A DNA stretch of 64,000 nucleotides from Chloroflexota bacterium (GTDB lineage: Bacteria > Chloroflexota > Dehalococcoidia > Lucifugimonadales > UBA3495), in contig JAQBVF010000012.1 in NCBI GenBank assembly GCA_027623675.1, positions 1 to 64,000 on the forward strand, in the 5' to 3' direction. Each line of letters opens with the position of its first letter. Position 1 is the stretch's first letter. Below are positions 28,807 to 39,323 of this stretch, one piece after another. Made by a program: the position numbers and the translations under genes. The notes beneath the pieces were generated by a model. The model was not told where the DNA came from, searched no databases, and was given only the letters and a program-made list of their open reading frames with translations.

Positions 28807-31800
28807 ATGCGGCTTCTTTCGTTGGTCCTTTGGCTGTTGCGCCGGCGGCTGGGCCACTCCTGGCTTTTGCTGGCCGTTACGTCCTTTGGAATCCTGGCAT
28901 CAGTGACGATCATGTCCACCGGCGCCCTGTACTCCCGCGCACTGGGCGAGGCCGGCCTGCGCCATTCTTTGGCTTCGGTTAGGCCCGAGGTGCTCGACGT
29001 CCAGGTTATTTCCCAGAACCGCCCCTTGGGCCGGGCCGACTACGTGCCGCTGCAACAACTGGTCCAAGACTCGTCCCTCGACCGCCTGGGTCCCATGCTG
29101 CGGGGAACCGAGAGGTACGGCCGCACGCAGCCCAATCTCCCGCTGCTGACCACGCCCAGATCGCCGGTCATCGGCGCTCCGTCGGGGCGTCCCTTCTTCC
29201 TGTCAGGCTTCGAAGAGCACACCAGACTCACGGAAGGCCGCTGGCCCAACAGCGGCAGCCAACGGGAAACCGGCGACATCGAGATGGTGCTGGGGGCTGA
29301 GACGTCCCGCAAGCTTAGCTACGGGGTGGGAGACCGGGTTTTCTTGATGCCGCGCCGCGTGTCGCCGGAACGGATCTCGTTCAGGGTGGTCGGACTGGCC
29401 GAGCCGTTGGACGCCCGCGAAGAATACTGGATGGGCGCGGCGGTCTACTTCGACCTGGGGTCGGTGGGCGAAACGGTGGTCGCGCCCATGTTCGTCACCG
29501 AGGACGACTTCTTCGAGGGCATCGGCCGGCCTTACCCCACTCTGGTGGGCGACTTCGGCTTCTTCCTTTTCTTGGACCCAGGCTACCTGGACGCCGGCAA
29601 TGCCGACGTGGTGAAGCAGCAGGTCGACGCCCTCGAGACCGACCTGAACAAACAGTTCCCCCGGACGTTGGTCCTGAGCCGCCTGGGTCTTACCATTGAC
29701 GAATTCAACCGGGCTCTCACTCTGGCCAAGGTCCCCCTTTATCTGTATCTGTCTTTGGTGGTCGTGGTCGTCCTGTACTTCCTGGCTCTGATCACCGGGA
29801 CCTTGGGGCGCAGTCAGGCCGAGGAAGCGGGGATGCTCCGCAGCCGGGGCGCCAGCGTGCTCCAGGTGAGCGGCGTGTTGGCTCTGGCGGAGGGAGTGGT
29901 GGCCCTGGCGGCAATCATCGCCGGACCGTTCTTGGCCTGGATGATTGTGAGGTCGCTGCTGCTGGACACCATCAACCCCGGAGGCGAGTTCGACACCCCC
30001 ATACCCCTGGGTTTGGCCGGGGACATGTTCTGGATGGGGGCGTTGGGCGGCCTGCTCGCCCTGGTGGTGCTGCTGGCAACCGCGGTGGGACGGGCCAGGA
30101 TGGGCACGCTGGAATCCATGCTATCGAGGGCTAGACCGCCATCGGTGCCCTTCTTGCACCGCTACTATCTGGATATTCTGGCCGTCTTGGCGGTCGCCGT
30201 GGTCTGGTATCAGGTGCGGGGGCGTGACGGGTTCGTGGCTGAGGGGCTGGCGTCCCAGGGAGTCGACATCGACCCGACATTGGTGATTGGCCCGGTTATG
30301 GGTTTATTCGCCGCCGCCGTCTTGCTGCTGCGGGCGTTGCCCCTGGCGGTCAGGCTGCTGGCTTGGGCGGGAAACCGCGCCGGCGCCGCCTGGTTCCAAT
30401 TCTCCGTATTGAGGCTGGCCCGCGACCCCATTCCCCACGGCTCTCTGGCGGTGATCCTGATGCTGGCGGCGGCCTTGGGTGTGTTCGGGGCCACCTTCCA
30501 GTCCAGCCTGTCCCAGGCGCAAAGCGACCGGGCGCGCCATAGTGTGGGCGGCGACTTGGTTGTGCGGGGGCCGGCCCTTCCCGTCGACGCCCCGGAGAAA
30601 CTGGCGGCCATACCCGGAGTGCGGACGGTTAGCCCCATCTTCAGGGACTCTTACATTCCCCTGGACGGTCCACTGGGCGAGAATGTGGACCTGTTGGGGG
30701 TGGAACCCCGCGCTCTGACCGAGGCGGCCTGGTTCAGAGACGACTTCTTCCCCGGCGGTCTTCCGGCCATCAGTAAACTGCTCCGGCCCCGGCCCTTCCC
30801 GTCCAACCTGGCGGGCACCGGGATCGTCTTGCCCCAGGACACCGAGTCCGTGGGCGTGTGGGTCGATAGCAGCGCGATAGCCGGGCGGGGCCTGCTTGCC
30901 GACCTAAACATGTGGGCCAGGGTAATGACGGCCTCCGGCTTTTACCGCACCATTTCCCTGGGCGGCATCCAGGGTCCGGGCACGAGCAACACGCCGGGAC
31001 CCACGCGCACCGAGGGCCGGTGGCAGTTATTCATCGGAAACCTTCCCGAAGCCCGCCCCCCGGCCTCGCTGCCCTTCGAGTTGGTGTCCATCTTCTTCTC
31101 CACCAGTCCCACCGCGCGGCTGGCCACGGGGGTGCTGCACCTGGACGACATCACCACGTTCGGCCCGTCGTCTGGCCCTGAAGGTTCCGTCGTGGAAGGG
31201 TTCGAGGGAATGACACCTTGGACACCGCTGCCGAATCAGGGTCAGACCGCCGACGTGGTGCGCCGGGCCGGTGGCAGCGCCAAGAACGGCGGGGCGGGTC
31301 TTGAGTTCTCCTGGCAAGAGCCGTTTGGGTTGGGCCAAAGAGGCATCCAATTGCCACCGGGCCCGTTCCCCATACCGGCCATCGGCAGTCCCGTGTTTCA
31401 AGTGGGACAGCAGCTACGGTTGAGATTGGGGAACCTGGCGGTGCCCCTGCGATTCGTGGGTCAGGCGACCCATTTCCCTACGCTCGACCCCAGCCGGAGA
31501 CCCTTCGTGCTGGTGGACCTGGCCGACTACCGCGAATACGTGCGGCGTCTGCCGGAGAACACGCTGGAGCCGCCCGAAGAGATGTGGCTCGCGTTGGACC
31601 CGGATGCCGACCGGAACGGCGTCATCGCCCAGGTGCCGGAGCGGATACGAGGACTCATCTCCATCAGGGACCGGGAATCGGTGGCGGACTTCGCCGAGCG
31701 CAACCCCCTGGCAGGCGGCGGCTGGAACGGCCTCACCATCTTCAGCATGGTGGCCATCGGGATCGCCGTGCTGCTTACCCTTACCGTTCACGCCATCGTG

Positions 31801-32142
31801 TCCATCCGCATGGGCCGCATGGATCTGGCCGTGGCCCGGGTGCTGGGCTTCTCGCGCCGGCAACTCTTTCTATCGTTGGCCACGGAGCGGCTGATCGTTG
31901 CCGTGCTGGCCATCGCCGCCGGCGCCGCCATGGGCTACTGGCCTGGCCTGGAAGTTCTGGAACTGGTGGACCTATCGCCCCAGGGAGGCGGTTCCGTGCC
32001 GCCGTTCGCGCCGTCGGTCCAGGGTTGGCTGATGGCCGGTGTGCTGTCGGGGCTGCTGGCGGCGTCTCTGCTGTCGGTTGGGTTCGCCGTGGTGGCGGCC
32101 CGGAGGCTGAACACCGCCGAAGTGCTAAGGGGCGGCTCCTGA
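28807..32142 (+). CDS. Giant FtsX/MacB-like ABC permease
   Basis: Two FtsX-type TM blocks (EAGMLRSRGAS; DLAVARVLGFS) with large extracytoplasmic domains. Confidence 0.88.
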   Translation: MRLLSLVLWLLRRRLGHSWLLLAVTSFGILASVTIMSTGALYSRALGEAGLRHSLASVRPEVLDVQVISQNRPLGRADYVPLQQLVQDSSLDRLGPMLRGTERYGRTQPNLPLLTTPRSPVIGAPSGRPFFLSGFEEHTRLTEGRWPNSGSQRETGDIEMVLGAETSRKLSYGVGDRVFLMPRRVSPERISFRVVGLAEPLDAREEYWMGAAVYFDLGSVGETVVAPMFVTEDDFFEGIGRPYPTLVGDFGFFLFLDPGYLDAGNADVVKQQVDALETDLNKQFPRTLVLSRLGLTIDEFNRALTLAKVPLYLYLSLVVVVVLYFLALITGTLGRSQAEEAGMLRSRGASVLQVSGVLALAEGVVALAAIIAGPFLAWMIVRSLLLDTINPGGEFDTPIPLGLAGDMFWMGALGGLLALVVLLATAVGRARMGTLESMLSRARPPSVPFLHRYYLDILAVLAVAVVWYQVRGRDGFVAEGLASQGVDIDPTLVIGPVMGLFAAAVLLLRALPLAVRLLAWAGNRAGAAWFQFSVLRLARDPIPHGSLAVILMLAAALGVFGATFQSSLSQAQSDRARHSVGGDLVVRGPALPVDAPEKLAAIPGVRTVSPIFRDSYIPLDGPLGENVDLLGVEPRALTEAAWFRDDFFPGGLPAISKLLRPRPFPSNLAGTGIVLPQDTESVGVWVDSSAIAGRGLLADLNMWARVMTASGFYRTISLGGIQGPGTSNTPGPTRTEGRWQLFIGNLPEARPPASLPFELVSIFFSTSPTARLATGVLHLDDITTFGPSSGPEGSVVEGFEGMTPWTPLPNQGQTADVVRRAGGSAKNGGAGLEFSWQEPFGLGQRGIQLPPGPFPIPAIGSPVFQVGQQLRLRLGNLAVPLRFVGQATHFPTLDPSRRPFVLVDLADYREYVRRLPENTLEPPEEMWLALDPDADRNGVIAQVPERIRGLISIRDRESVADFAERNPLAGGGWNGLTIFSMVAIGIAVLLTLTVHAIVSIRMGRMDLAVARVLGFSRRQLFLSLATERLIVAVLAIAAGAAMGYWPGLEVLELVDLSPQGGGSVPPFAPSVQGWLMAGVLSGLLAASLLSVGFAVVAARRLNTAEVLRGGS

Positions 32143-32206
32143 TGGTAATGGAGCGTAGATTGGAGATGAAACTCACGGTGACTGCGGACCCGGAAGGCGC
32201 AACGCC

Positions 32207-35200
32207 ATGACCGGCATGATTCGTTTCGCCTACGTGATGGCGGTCCGGCGTGCCGTGTCCGGCTGGCGGCTGGAAGCTGTGCTCTTCGGGGGCATGCTGC
32301 TGGCGGTGGCCCTGATGGCCAGCGGTGTTATCTTCTCCGACCTGTTGTCCAACGCCTCCCTGCGCCACACCCTGCGTCAAGCGCCGCTGGAGGATGTCAA
32401 CTTCTGGATGCGTTCTTTCAGCAGCCAGGACGAACCGGCCACGGTTGAGGGACGCCGCGCGGTGTACCGGGAACGCTTGGATTTCGCCCAAAACCGAGTG
32501 TTTGAGCCCTTCTCCCCCTACCTGAAGGAACAGGCGCGGATACTGGATACCGCCACCTTCTACTTCCGGGGCCACCCCCAACTGGAACTGGCCAATGAGG
32601 TGCGGCCCCGAGGCTCAATCATCTACATGTCGGGCTTGACTCCGGACCGGGTCACCCTGACCCAGGGCAGTTGGCTGGAGGCGGAGAACGCGGTTGGGCC
32701 GTCTGGCTCCCCGGTGGACGTGATGGTTGACGGGTTGGGCCTGGAGTTGCTCGGCTTGGAAGTGGGCCAGGTGATGGACGTCTACCCGGCGGCATCGTTC
32801 AGCGACCCGCCAACCATGCCCGTCCGCATCGCCGGCGTGTTCGAGCGGAACGATCCGGACGACGAGTTCTGGTTCGGCGTTCAGGGGGGTTTCAGCCTAC
32901 AGAACGACCGGTGGACGATCATTCCTTTGTTCACCACCGAGGAGATGGTCACAGACCAGGTCTTGGGCGTTTACCCGACGCTGTACACCGACGTTACCTG
33001 GTACTACTACCTGGACCGTGAGCGCCTGCGCGCCAGCGACGTGGACCAACTACAAGAAACGGTGCGGCTGGCCGAGCACGAAATCAAGTTCAACCTGAAG
33101 AACTCCAGCTCCCACATCCGGCTGGACACCCTGCTCAGCAGCTTCGACGAGCAACTTTTGCTGGCCCGGGTGCCTCTGTTCCTGGTGGTGTTCTTGATCA
33201 CCGGGATACTGCTGTATTACCTGGCGCTGGTGGCCGGGTTGGTCGTCCGTTCCCGTTCCAACGAGATCGCCATGCTGAAAAGCCGGGGCGCCACCACCGC
33301 CCAGGTGGGGATACTTGGCCTTGGCGAGGGCCTGCTGCTGGGGATACCGGCGGTAATCATCGGGCCGTTCCTGGCGATGGGTGTGGTCAAAGTGCTGGGC
33401 AACGTCTTTTTCAGCCTGGGCGGGGGATCCGAGGAGCTGGCGGGAGTGCCGGTGAGCGTGTCGCAAGGGGCGGTCATTTTGGGTCTGGCCGGCGGGGCGC
33501 TGGCGGTGGCGGTGTTCACGCTGGCGACATTGGCGGCGGCCCGGCACGGAATAGTCGAAGCCAGGCAAACCGGCGCCAGACCGCCCACGGTGTCCTTCCT
33601 GCATCGCTACTACCTGGACCTGCTGGCGCTGGCATTGATCGGGATGCTCTGGTGGCAGATACAGAGCCGGGGCGCGTTCCTGGTCCAATCGGTCGGCAGC
33701 CGGGAGTTGGAGATCGACTATAGCCTGCTGCTGGGGCCGGTGCTGGGCCTGCTGGCCGTGGGGCTGCTGGTGATGCGCTTCTTCCCCTGGCTGGCCCTGC
33801 TCTTGTCGTGGCTCAGCGGGCCCGTCGCCCCGTCCTGGCTGGTCCACGCACTGCGTCATGTGGCCCGCGACCCCATGGTGCCCGGCATGCTGATCGTGCT
33901 TCTGACCATGGCCACCGCTTTGGGCGTCATCGGCAGCGCGTTCAGCGCCACACTGGAGCGGAGCCAAACCGAGCGCGCCCGGTACGCCGCGGGGGCAGAC
34001 CTTAGGGTGCGTCACAGTGGGGTTTCCAGCGCGGACCCCGGCGGGAGTTTCGCCGAAACGGTCCAAGACAACCCCGCCGTGGCCCACGCCGCCGATGTCT
34101 TTAGGACCAACGGTCAGATCACGGCCACCGGGTTCAGCACGCCGGCAACCGTGCTGGCAGTGGATGCCTCCCGCATCGCCGACGTGGCCTGGTTCAGGGA
34201 CGACTTCTCCGGAGGAGATTCCCTGCAAGATATCGCGGGGCTGCTTCAGGACGGCGGCGATCCTCCAAAAGGGATCCCCCTGCCCAGAGGCGCCACGGGG
34301 CTGTCCATCTGGGTGCAGCCCGCCGGGTTGGATTCTGGAGCCAATCTCTGGGCCAGGCTGCGCGACGCCAACGGACGCTACTTCGACACCTGGATCGGCG
34401 GTCTGGCTGAGCCAGGTTGGAACCGGCTCGATGCCGACCTTACTCCCGTGGACGCCGCCGGACGCCGGTTCATCGATCAGACCCGCGAGGTATTCCTGCA
34501 GGCACCATATTCCCTTGAGTCGTTCCAGGTGACCAACCGCTTCGGCACCTTTGGCGGCGATGACCTTGGGTCATTGTTCCTGGGGAGCCTGGACGCCATC
34601 ACGCCCGGAGGGCAGGTCGAATTGGCCGATTTCCGGACGGCGCGAGGCTGGTCGGTGATTCAGGATTTCTCCCGGCCCGGACTGTACGCGCTTGAAACCA
34701 GCGGGTCGGCGGGTGGCGACCGGTTCCCCTCGTCCACCAGGTTCAGTTGGGCCAGCGGCGGAGTTGGCATGCGCGGCTTCAGACCCGGCGAAACCGAGGC
34801 GCCCGTGCCGGCGGTGGTGAATGAGGATTTTTTGAAGATCGCCGATGCCTCGGTGGGTGACGACGTGATACTTGGTCTCTCCACCTACTCCCTGATGGTG
34901 CGCATCGCGGGCGTGGCCAACTACTTCCCCACCCTGGACCCTGGGGACAAGCCTTTCGCGGTGGTGGACCTGGACCGCCTCGTGTCCGCGTCCGCTCAGC
35001 ACAGTCCGGTGACCATGGCCGGGGCCAACGAGTTGTGGGTTGACCTTGCGCCAAGCAGTGATACCGGGGCGGACCCACGCGTGGGAGATGGGTCCCCGGT
35101 GAACGCGGTGGATACCACTGCGTTGATCGGCGCATCGGGGATACGGGTTAGGGAGGTATGGGACGCCGAGGCAATGGTGGCCTCGCGGGTGGACCAGCCG

Positions 35201-35641
35201 TTGGTGAACGCCGGTTGGGGCGCGCTGTTGGTGCTATTGTTCCTGGCGGTGGCCGTGGCCAGCGCGTCCGGGGTGATGCTGTTCTCCTTCCTGGACACCA
35301 AAGAACGGCAGACGGAGTTCGCGCTGCTTCGGACACTGGGGTCCACCGGCGGACAGTTACGGGGCATCGTTTGGTTCAATCTGTTTTTGATCGTGATCTG
35401 TGGCGTCGGTCTGGGGACCTGGGTGGGCCAATTGATCGGGGCCAGTCTCCTGCCGCTGATGGAGGTGGTGGAAGAGGGAGAGCGGGTCACGCCGCCCATG
35501 GTCTTCACCACCGATTGGATGTCGCTGCTGGTGTCCTACGCGGTCCTGGCGGCGGTGACGGCGGGAACGGTGGTCTGGCTGGCGTGGTTGAGCGCCAAGA
35601 TACAGGTTCAGCAGGTATTGAGGATGGGAGACGCGAGATGA
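32207..35641 (+). CDS. Giant FtsX/MacB-like ABC permease (paralogue)
   Basis: EIAMLKSRGAT, EFALLRTLGS; colinear with the upstream permease. Confidence 0.88.
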   Translation: MTGMIRFAYVMAVRRAVSGWRLEAVLFGGMLLAVALMASGVIFSDLLSNASLRHTLRQAPLEDVNFWMRSFSSQDEPATVEGRRAVYRERLDFAQNRVFEPFSPYLKEQARILDTATFYFRGHPQLELANEVRPRGSIIYMSGLTPDRVTLTQGSWLEAENAVGPSGSPVDVMVDGLGLELLGLEVGQVMDVYPAASFSDPPTMPVRIAGVFERNDPDDEFWFGVQGGFSLQNDRWTIIPLFTTEEMVTDQVLGVYPTLYTDVTWYYYLDRERLRASDVDQLQETVRLAEHEIKFNLKNSSSHIRLDTLLSSFDEQLLLARVPLFLVVFLITGILLYYLALVAGLVVRSRSNEIAMLKSRGATTAQVGILGLGEGLLLGIPAVIIGPFLAMGVVKVLGNVFFSLGGGSEELAGVPVSVSQGAVILGLAGGALAVAVFTLATLAAARHGIVEARQTGARPPTVSFLHRYYLDLLALALIGMLWWQIQSRGAFLVQSVGSRELEIDYSLLLGPVLGLLAVGLLVMRFFPWLALLLSWLSGPVAPSWLVHALRHVARDPMVPGMLIVLLTMATALGVIGSAFSATLERSQTERARYAAGADLRVRHSGVSSADPGGSFAETVQDNPAVAHAADVFRTNGQITATGFSTPATVLAVDASRIADVAWFRDDFSGGDSLQDIAGLLQDGGDPPKGIPLPRGATGLSIWVQPAGLDSGANLWARLRDANGRYFDTWIGGLAEPGWNRLDADLTPVDAAGRRFIDQTREVFLQAPYSLESFQVTNRFGTFGGDDLGSLFLGSLDAITPGGQVELADFRTARGWSVIQDFSRPGLYALETSGSAGGDRFPSSTRFSWASGGVGMRGFRPGETEAPVPAVVNEDFLKIADASVGDDVILGLSTYSLMVRIAGVANYFPTLDPGDKPFAVVDLDRLVSASAQHSPVTMAGANELWVDLAPSSDTGADPRVGDGSPVNAVDTTALIGASGIRVREVWDAEAMVASRVDQPLVNAGWGALLVLLFLAVAVASASGVMLFSFLDTKERQTEFALLRTLGSTGGQLRGIVWFNLFLIVICGVGLGTWVGQLIGASLLPLMEVVEEGERVTPPMVFTTDWMSLLVSYAVLAAVTAGTVVWLAWLSAKIQVQQVLRMGDAR

Positions 35642-36564
35642 CCCAGTTTAGTAATTACGGGACGGCGGCCCAGTATACGGGTCCGTACATAGATTGCCGC
35701 GACCTGTTCAAGATCTACAAGCGGGCCGAATTGGAGGTCGTTGCCCTGCGCGGTCTGGACCTCACGGTCGAGTCGGGCGAGTTGATCGCCATCATCGGGG
35801 CCAGCGGCAGCGGCAAGAGCACCCTGTTGAACATCCTGGCCGGGTTGGACCGGCCGTCGGCAGGGCAGATACTGGTCGGCTCCAGGGACCTGCTGGACGT
35901 TTCCGACAGCGACCTGGTGATGTACCGGCGGTCCGAGGTCGGCTTCGTGTGGCAGGCCACCGCCCGGAACCTGCTGCCCTACCTGTCGGTGGCCGACAAC
36001 ATCGAACTGCCCATGGCCCTGACCGGCCAGCCGGCCAGGGCCCGCCGCGCCTGGTCCAGCGAGTTGCTGGAATCGCTGGGCATGGCCGGAAAATCAGACC
36101 GCTTCCCCTACCAGCTTTCTGGCGGCGAGCAGCAGCGCGTCGCCATCGCCGTGGGTCTGGCCAACAAGCCGCCGTTGCTGCTCGCCGACGAACCCACCGG
36201 AGAGCTGGACACCGAGAATGCCGACGCCATCTTCCAGATGATCCGCGGCCTGAACCGCTCTTACGGCGTTACCGTGGTTACCGTGACCCACTACCCGGGC
36301 GTCTCCCGGTTCGTCGACCGCGTGGTCCACATCCGGGACGGGCGCATCGGCTCCGAAACATTCTCCCGGCCCGACTACCGGCGTGACGGCGACACCGTGG
36401 TGGACGAATACGTGGTGGTGGACCGTGCCGGCCGGCTGCAGCTGCCGCTGGAGTACGCGGAACGATTTCGCCGGGAGGGCCTGGCACGGATACATTCAGA
36501 TGGTGAGCAGATCACCATCGAGCCGCCGGACTCCGATCCCCGACCTCACAGAAATAGGAGCTAA
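35638..36564 (+). CDS. ABC ATP-binding protein (LolD/MacB-type) with C-terminal extension
   Basis: True start MTQFSNY overlaps the permease stop (ATGA); [27 protein letters not shown]. Confidence 0.92.
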   Translation: MTQFSNYGTAAQYTGPYIDCRDLFKIYKRAELEVVALRGLDLTVESGELIAIIGASGSGKSTLLNILAGLDRPSAGQILVGSRDLLDVSDSDLVMYRRSEVGFVWQATARNLLPYLSVADNIELPMALTGQPARARRAWSSELLESLGMAGKSDRFPYQLSGGEQQRVAIAVGLANKPPLLLADEPTGELDTENADAIFQMIRGLNRSYGVTVVTVTHYPGVSRFVDRVVHIRDGRIGSETFSRPDYRRDGDTVVDEYVVVDRAGRLQLPLEYAERFRREGLARIHSDGEQITIEPPDSDPRPHRNRS

Positions 36565-36567
36565 GCC

Positions 36568-37287
36568 TTGTCGCAAGATGTTTCTCGTAATGCCGGGGCG
36601 GCAGCCAACGGCACGGTGATCTCGGCCCAGGGAATAAGCCGGGTCTTCGGGTCCGGCGCAACCGCCGTTACCGCATTGGAGTCCGTCGACCTCACCGTGG
36701 CGCAGGGTGACTTCCTGGCGGTTACGGGCCGGTCCGGCTCCGGCAAAACCACCCTGCTCAACCTGTTGTCGGGCCTGGACCGGCCCTCCACCGGCGCCGT
36801 CTACTTTGACGGCGGAGATCTGGCCGCGCTGAGGGAGTCCGACCTGGTTTACATGCGGCGGAACAAGATCGGTTTCGTTTTCCAGTCGTTCGGGTTGATG
36901 CCCTTGCTGTCGGCCCAGGAGAATGTTGAATTGCCGTTGCACATCGGCGGCATGTCCTGGCGTGAGCGCCGGCAGAAGGCCCACGATGCCCTGAACGCCG
37001 TGGGGCTGGCCAGCCGCGCCCACCACCGGCCATTCGAGCTTTCCGGCGGTGAACAGCAGCGCGTGTCCATCGCCAGGGCGTTGGTGGCCGGGCCAGAGGT
37101 GGTGTTCGCCGACGAGCCAACGGGAGAGTTGGACACTGCCACCGCCCGCTCCATCGCCGACACCCTTGGCGAGGTGGCCGCATCCAGGCGCGCAACCGTG
37201 ATCGTGGCCACCCATGACCTGGAACTGGCCGCCAGAGCCCAGCGCCGGCTCGACTTGGTCGACGGCAAGATCGTTTCCCAGAGCTGA
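36568..37287 (+). CDS. ABC ATP-binding protein (LolD/MacB-type)
   Basis: [31 protein letters not shown]. Confidence 0.92.
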   Translation: MSQDVSRNAGAAANGTVISAQGISRVFGSGATAVTALESVDLTVAQGDFLAVTGRSGSGKTTLLNLLSGLDRPSTGAVYFDGGDLAALRESDLVYMRRNKIGFVFQSFGLMPLLSAQENVELPLHIGGMSWRERRQKAHDALNAVGLASRAHHRPFELSGGEQQRVSIARALVAGPEVVFADEPTGELDTATARSIADTLGEVAASRRATVIVATHDLELAARAQRRLDLVDGKIVSQS

Positions 37288-37379
37288 GGGCGTACTTCGG
37301 CGTGTATACTGCCGCGAGAGTCCATTTACCGAGACTGATTTTTAAGGTCAACCGTAGAGGTTTACCAGGGAGGTCCACC

Positions 37380-37715
37380 ATGATTGTGCGTATCTATACC
37401 GGCGATGACGGCCAGTCCCATATGGAAGACATGGAATTTCCGCCCGAGGGCGTTCAGCGCATCGCCACCAAAGCGGGCGAGGACCTGGTGTTCCGCCGGT
37501 CGGCCGAGAACAGCTTCAGCGATTGGCACAACCCGTCGCGGCGTCAGTATCTGTTCGTCATAGACGGCCAGATGGAGGTGTCGGTGGCCGACGGCGCCAC
37601 CCGGCTGTTCAATCCGGGCGACGTGCTGCTGGCCGAGGACATGACCGGGCAGGGCCACGTTACCAAGGCCATCGGCGGCACCTACGCTTCGGTTTCCATG
37701 GGAATACCCGACTAG
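37380..37715 (+). CDS. Cupin domain protein
   Basis: RIYTGDDGQSH, WHNPSRRQY, PGDVLLAED.TGQGH; RBS GGGAGG. Confidence 0.85.
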   Translation: MIVRIYTGDDGQSHMEDMEFPPEGVQRIATKAGEDLVFRRSAENSFSDWHNPSRRQYLFVIDGQMEVSVADGATRLFNPGDVLLAEDMTGQGHVTKAIGGTYASVSMGIPD

Positions 37716-37850
37716 TTGACGGGGATACCGCCTGATCTGGGGTATACCCGGCTAGCCCGATGAGGATGCCTAGACCAACGGGCATCGGTGCCTAGGCTGG
37801 ACCGCGTCCGCCCAGCGATGCGCACAGGTCTGGCGGTGGCTGCTTGGCGG

Positions 37851-37878
37851 TTGACACCTTTGGGTCGTTATCTATAAT
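37851..37878 (+). promoter_or_regulatory. Near-consensus sigma70 promoter
   Basis: TTGACA-16 nt-TATAAT upstream of the LLM gene. Confidence 0.75.
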
Positions 37879-37952
37879 GGCAATCAATTGCCCTGGGCAT
37901 TATTGCCTGAGGCACTCACACCAGAACCTGAAGTAGAAAAGGCGAGGTAGGA

Positions 37953-39116
37953 ATGATTACGAAATTTGACAGCCTGTACGCCGGTCACGTCGACATGACC
38001 GACATCGGCTACGGCGGCACCGCGGTGAACGACCGCTTGTTCGACAACGAACACCTGACGACCGTTTTCAGCAAGGCCGAAGCGATCGCCAAGACCCTGG
38101 ACGCCAACGGCTTCGACACGATGTGGATGGCCGAGCACCACTTTCAGCCGGAAGGCTACGAGTGCATCCCCAATCTGATCATGCTCAACGTCCACCTGGC
38201 CCACCTGACCAAGAACATCAAGTTCGGCTGCGGCTTCAACATCGCCCCCATGTGGCACCCCCTGCGCCTGGCCGAGGACTTTGCCACCGCCGATATCCTG
38301 ACCAACGGCCGCGTGATCTTCGGCGTTGGCCGTGGCTACCACACCCGCGAGGTTGAGACCTTCGGCTCTCCTCTGACCGACCAGGCCGCCAACCGGGAGA
38401 AGTTTGAAGAGGCCGTGGACATCATCTTCAAGGCCTTCAACAACGAGTCCTTCTCCCACAAGGGGAAGTATTACACCCTGCCTCCAGAGGTCCCGTACCG
38501 CGGCTACACCCTCAAGGAACTGACCCTGGTGCCTCGTCCAAAGAACCTGCCGGTGGAGTGCTGGCAGCCCATCCAGGGCGGCTCCGAAAGGGCGCTGGAC
38601 TTCATGGTCAAGCACGGCATCAAGGGCATATTGGGCGGCGGCGTCGCCGAGGGCGGCGTCATGGATGACATCGTCTTTGGCTATCGTGACGCATTGGTGC
38701 GGGCCGGAAAGGCCGATGCCCAACCCGGCGAGGGCCTGAGCGTGGGCTTCCACTTCCACATGGCTGAGACGGTGGAAAAAGCCATGGACGAGGCCCAGGG
38801 CTTCTTTGAAGAGAACCTGAAGATGTTCGGCCCGCTGCGCCTGCACCGGGGCATGACCGATGAGCAGATCGAGATCATCAGCGACCCCCGCCGCGCGCCC
38901 AACGGCGGTCTCCCCACCATCCAGAGCGCCGTTGAGAAACAGGCTTTTCTGGCCGGCCCGCCGGACCGCATCATCGAGCAACTCAAGGCGGTGGAGAAGG
39001 AATACCCCGCCCTAGAGCGGATCGGGATGAGCCACCCGATGGGCACCCCCCAGCATGTGATCACCGAGCAGCTTGAATGGTTCGGTAAAGAGGTCATGCC
39101 CGCCTTCAAGAGCTGA
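37953..39116 (+). CDS. LLM-class flavin-dependent oxidoreductase
   Basis: WMAEHHF, HPLRLAED.A..D.L..GR..FGVGRGY. Confidence 0.92.
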   Translation: MITKFDSLYAGHVDMTDIGYGGTAVNDRLFDNEHLTTVFSKAEAIAKTLDANGFDTMWMAEHHFQPEGYECIPNLIMLNVHLAHLTKNIKFGCGFNIAPMWHPLRLAEDFATADILTNGRVIFGVGRGYHTREVETFGSPLTDQAANREKFEEAVDIIFKAFNNESFSHKGKYYTLPPEVPYRGYTLKELTLVPRPKNLPVECWQPIQGGSERALDFMVKHGIKGILGGGVAEGGVMDDIVFGYRDALVRAGKADAQPGEGLSVGFHFHMAETVEKAMDEAQGFFEENLKMFGPLRLHRGMTDEQIEIISDPRRAPNGGLPTIQSAVEKQAFLAGPPDRIIEQLKAVEKEYPALERIGMSHPMGTPQHVITEQLEWFGKEVMPAFKS

Positions 39117-39184
39117 GCGGGCGGCTCGCCGCGTTCACTGCCCGCATTCATTAACAGAAGATCAGAAAAGAAGATCAGAACGAG

Positions 39185-39214
39185 AAGCCGGCGGACCCTG
39201 TCCGCCGGTTTTTT
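39185..39214 (+). terminator. Rho-independent terminator
   Basis: CCGGCGGAC-CCT-GTCCGCCGG followed by TTTTTT. Confidence 0.85.
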
Positions 39215-39259
39215 GTTGCTAGAGCGCCACTGGCTTGTAACTCAACCCCCGGCCTGGCG

Positions 39260-39288
39260 TTGACAGCGAATTGCCCCCACACTACACT
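39260..39288 (+). promoter_or_regulatory. Sigma70-type promoter of the UGSC operon
   Basis: TTGACA-17 nt-TACACT. Confidence 0.7.
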
Positions 39289-39323
39289 CGCAGGAACCTG
39301 CCACCCGAGGGTCGTAAGCAGAT

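Noticed and set aside
35158..35637. 160-aa N-terminal extension of the ABC ATPase in the ORF track
   Set aside because: It overlaps the permease in another frame; the real start is the coupled ATG at 35638.
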